Assembly: GCA_964200185.2 (NCBI GenBank)
Contig: CAXNAD020000044.1
Coordinates: 1 to 36,613, forward strand
Length of the DNA stretch: 36,613 nucleotides
From: Choristocarpus tenellus KU-1152
Taxonomy: Eukaryota > Protista > Phaeophyceae
Direction of reading: 5' to 3'
The number at the start of each line of letters is the position of its first letter. Position 1 is the stretch's first letter. Made by a program: the position numbers and the translations under genes. The notes below the pieces were generated by a model that was not told the DNA's origin, made no database searches, and saw only the letters and a program-made list of their open reading frames with translations. Shown one piece after another: positions 33,461-36,613 of this stretch.

Positions 33461-36186
33461 TATGATGTGCAGTTTGTAAGGTACACCTTGAATGCGCACA
33501 AATGGCAGTAAGATCATGGCCAACAACTCCCCTTGCAGTCATGGGATAAGTCCGTGATGAGATCATCTGACTCAAATTGGGTGTGTTCTTCTCAAGCTCA
33601 TGCAAGGTCATCTATTTGTAAATTCCACCTTCATCTGCGATGGCAATCCAGCAGTTACATGTGGCAGCTCATTGCCATGCCTTAACCAAATGGCAGATAA
33701 AAACTGAATTCTAGGTCGTAATGTCACCACCTGGACCACTACCTGCCTTTTATCATACAAGTTTGGGCAAAACTAGCCAGTATGTGTGACTAGAACATTT
33801 TGATGTCTGTCTGCCCACCAACGCCACACGTCCCATGGACCGGTTTCAAGAGTCGAAACCCAAAAAGCTGCTTGTAGACAATATTTACCATCCTCGTTCT
33901 GGACCAAGGGGCAGCCTTTCCCAATCTCCTTTGGGGAAAGTTGCAATTACCGTATCTTTTAACTTCATGAAGAGGTTTGTGTGCATTCACACAAACAAAA
34001 CCGCACAAAGAGTGTTCCAACTATTATTCTACTACATGAAAGAGGACAAAACAGAAGCAGTACCTAATGTAGTACATTCTTGGCGTCTAGGATGCAACAC
34101 CAATTGGAGCAATTTATAGGATCCTACTATACCGCAAGTTTACGAACTATCTGGGGTAATTTTCATGAATTCGGTTTTTAATTGTATCTCTTCTGCAGTA
34201 AAAATGAGTGGGATATTGACTGGTTTGGATTCCTTGTGAATAGAGATGAAAGAACCTTCCAATTAAAACCTGTCCCCGACAACATTGCAGAGAAATTATA
34301 TATATAAAAAACCCAGTAGAACTTGCCTCCAATACATTACTTCACCAGAATGCAGTAGTATTCCTTGCAGAAGCCACTAGGGCAAAAGATTGAATACAGT
34401 CCTGCTATACATATCAAAATACCTTCTGAATAGTCTTTATTTTTCATGGAACGCATACCTACATGTACCATGTGTATCACAGCATCTACCCACCAATTTC
34501 ACACACATATCGAACAATTCTTTTTGCTTCTGGACCCCGACAACATTGAAGGCTGGCGAGTGCAACTCAGCAACCAAGTATCATGGTTGAAACAAAATGA
34601 CTTGACATGTTTAAAACAAAGTATCATGATTCACACAGTGCTGCAATTGCTTGCCTCTACTCTACAACACTTTCACACACACACATTTCTGCCTACACAG
34701 TTGACAACATGATTTTGTGGCGCACTACCTTGCTTCATCACAGCTGTGGACACAATGTACCAAGTACAACCGATGCAGATACACCTGTACACAACAAACA
34801 ACAGTCGAGTTGAGCACCATCCCCAAATCCATGTGCACACACACACACAAGAGGTACAGCCTCAAATCCACAAAGCATTAATCAACTGAGAAGGGAAAAA
34901 CAACAGCAGGTAGTAACATTGAGAAGTTTGGCATGAAGTGCACACCTGCATCTACAGAGTCCTTGACCATATGGGTGAGCAAGCCTAGACACACACGGTA
35001 GTACCCGGAGGATAATTAGCCAGGTGAAAGAGACAAAAGAGATCAAACAGTCAACGCAATCTACATCAAGAGTAGCCAGCATTGTCCAAGCATCAAACCC
35101 CAAGTCTCCTTTCTGCCATCGCCTACTCAAGTTAGACCACCATTCCACCCTGTGAAAAAATTGCAGTGACAGTTGAAGGCATAAACAAATAATGAGAATG
35201 GTGAAAAAGAGGGCTCAAGTTTTAGGGCAGGCATCCAGATAGAGGGGGGAAAAAATCATCTGCAACATCACTGACGGAAATTTAAGAAAATCGTGCTGTG
35301 CTCATCAGGCAAGATGCACTGAAGCCAAGAAAAAGTATTGATATCCAGGCACCTTGTGACTCCAACCCAAAAATAATCCAACTACAAAGTGTAGGGGGCA
35401 AATGAGTCTTAACCCTCTGCCTTCAAGACAAGAAAGCAGAATGCATGATGCAAAGAATGCATTATCCCGGCTCACACTACATGCCCTGTAACTGTATCAA
35501 CAGAGTATGAAACAAAAAATCAACATTTATTCTGTACTGATTTTCTCAAGGATTAAAACACTACTATAAGAGACCACGGATAACCTTGGGTTCATATCTG
35601 TAACTGAACAGCCCTGTACTTCCTCCCACCACATGGCAAACCATTTACACAATAGTACGATCAAACCTCTTGCATCTGACGTATCAAATGAAACACCTAC
35701 GATTCCTACATATGAACAACATTATGCTACACACTAAACAAACCTCAAACCCACATCCCCCTTATCACCATAACCCACCCTAATTCAACTGTTGTGCCTA
35801 AAAACCCAACTCCCTCCAATTTCAACCCCTAACAAGGGAAGAAAATATACAAAAGCTGAAAACAGTGGTACAGTATGACTATCGTAAAACAAACCAGCGG
35901 CGGTATAAAGAATGAACTACATACCATCACAGTATATCCATACATCAGTGCTAGAACATACACCCTCATACTGAGCTACAAACCCCCACGATATAGTCAA
36001 CAGCACCTCTCAATACGTTGCCAAAATAGACGGACTGCCAACGAAAAGCAACTAAATTTACATCAATGCACCTATCCATCACCTTGCAAAGAAACCTTTG
36101 TCAAATATAAATTGTAGCACCCTTGAAAACAAAAACTCTCCCCCCTATCACACCTCGATCACCTCTACTTGAAGCATAACCCTCAC

Positions 36187-36613
36187 CTTCTTATTCAGGA
36201 GAGCTGCGCCACCGCCCCTTGTTCCTCGATCAGTCGCTCCCACTACCAAAATCTCCCTACTGGTACCAACCCTAACCCCTTCCACTGCTACACCAACCCC
36301 TGCACCTCTGGCACAGGTCCCAGCAAAGACACTTTCATTCCCAGGACCTACACCTTCAGCAACCCCTCCCAAATCCCCAAGTCCATTCTCAATCCCAGTC
36401 CCAACTCCAGGTCCTCTCCGAACTTCTCCATCAAACTCATTCTTGGCTCCACCATCAGGTTGATCACCACCACCAGTGCCAAGCTCTTTCCCAGCTAACT
36501 TCCCTTTCCCAATAACCACAGCATCATCCAAAACACCCCCCTCCCTCTTCACACCATACCCCACAACTTTCCCACCCCCCCCCCCCCCCCCCCCCCCTAC
36601 ACGCACACCACCT
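36187..36613 (-). CDS. Gly-rich internal exon of an unidentified gene entering from the right edge
   Basis: Open Gly/Val-rich frame ending at a good donor AAG|GTGAGG (36187/36186); downstream exons (candidates ~35150-35060 and ~33950-33885) not resolved. Confidence 0.55.
36575..36597. repeat. C23 homopolymer near the window end
   Basis: Directly visible. Confidence 0.9.

Overview
Eukaryotic, intron-rich genomic DNA; gene style, Gly-rich exons and scattered TTAGGG motifs suggest a stramenopile such as a brown alga (inference). Contents: (1) a 5'-truncated, frameshifted, intronless tandem-RING ORF running off the left edge (- strand); (2) one very large + strand gene (about 1.9-21.9 kb, 19 frame-consistent exons plus 2 tentative ones, >=1,680 aa) combining an atypical two-component receiver domain, TPR repeats and two degenerate cyclic-nucleotide-binding domains; (3) nine copies of one ~255-285 bp MITE family (GAG...CTC termini, two subfamilies), all inside that gene; (4) a - strand tandem Tudor/Agenet-like + coiled-coil gene, head-to-head across ~180 bp with (5) a 3-exon SpoU/TrmH RNA methyltransferase gene; (6) a decayed mariner-type transposase fragment next to the SpoU stop; (7) a Gly-rich exon of a gene entering from the right edge. 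Most short ORFs in the track are antisense shadows, intron read-through or MITE-derived. Exon models were built by hand from splice signals and frame continuity, without transcript data.
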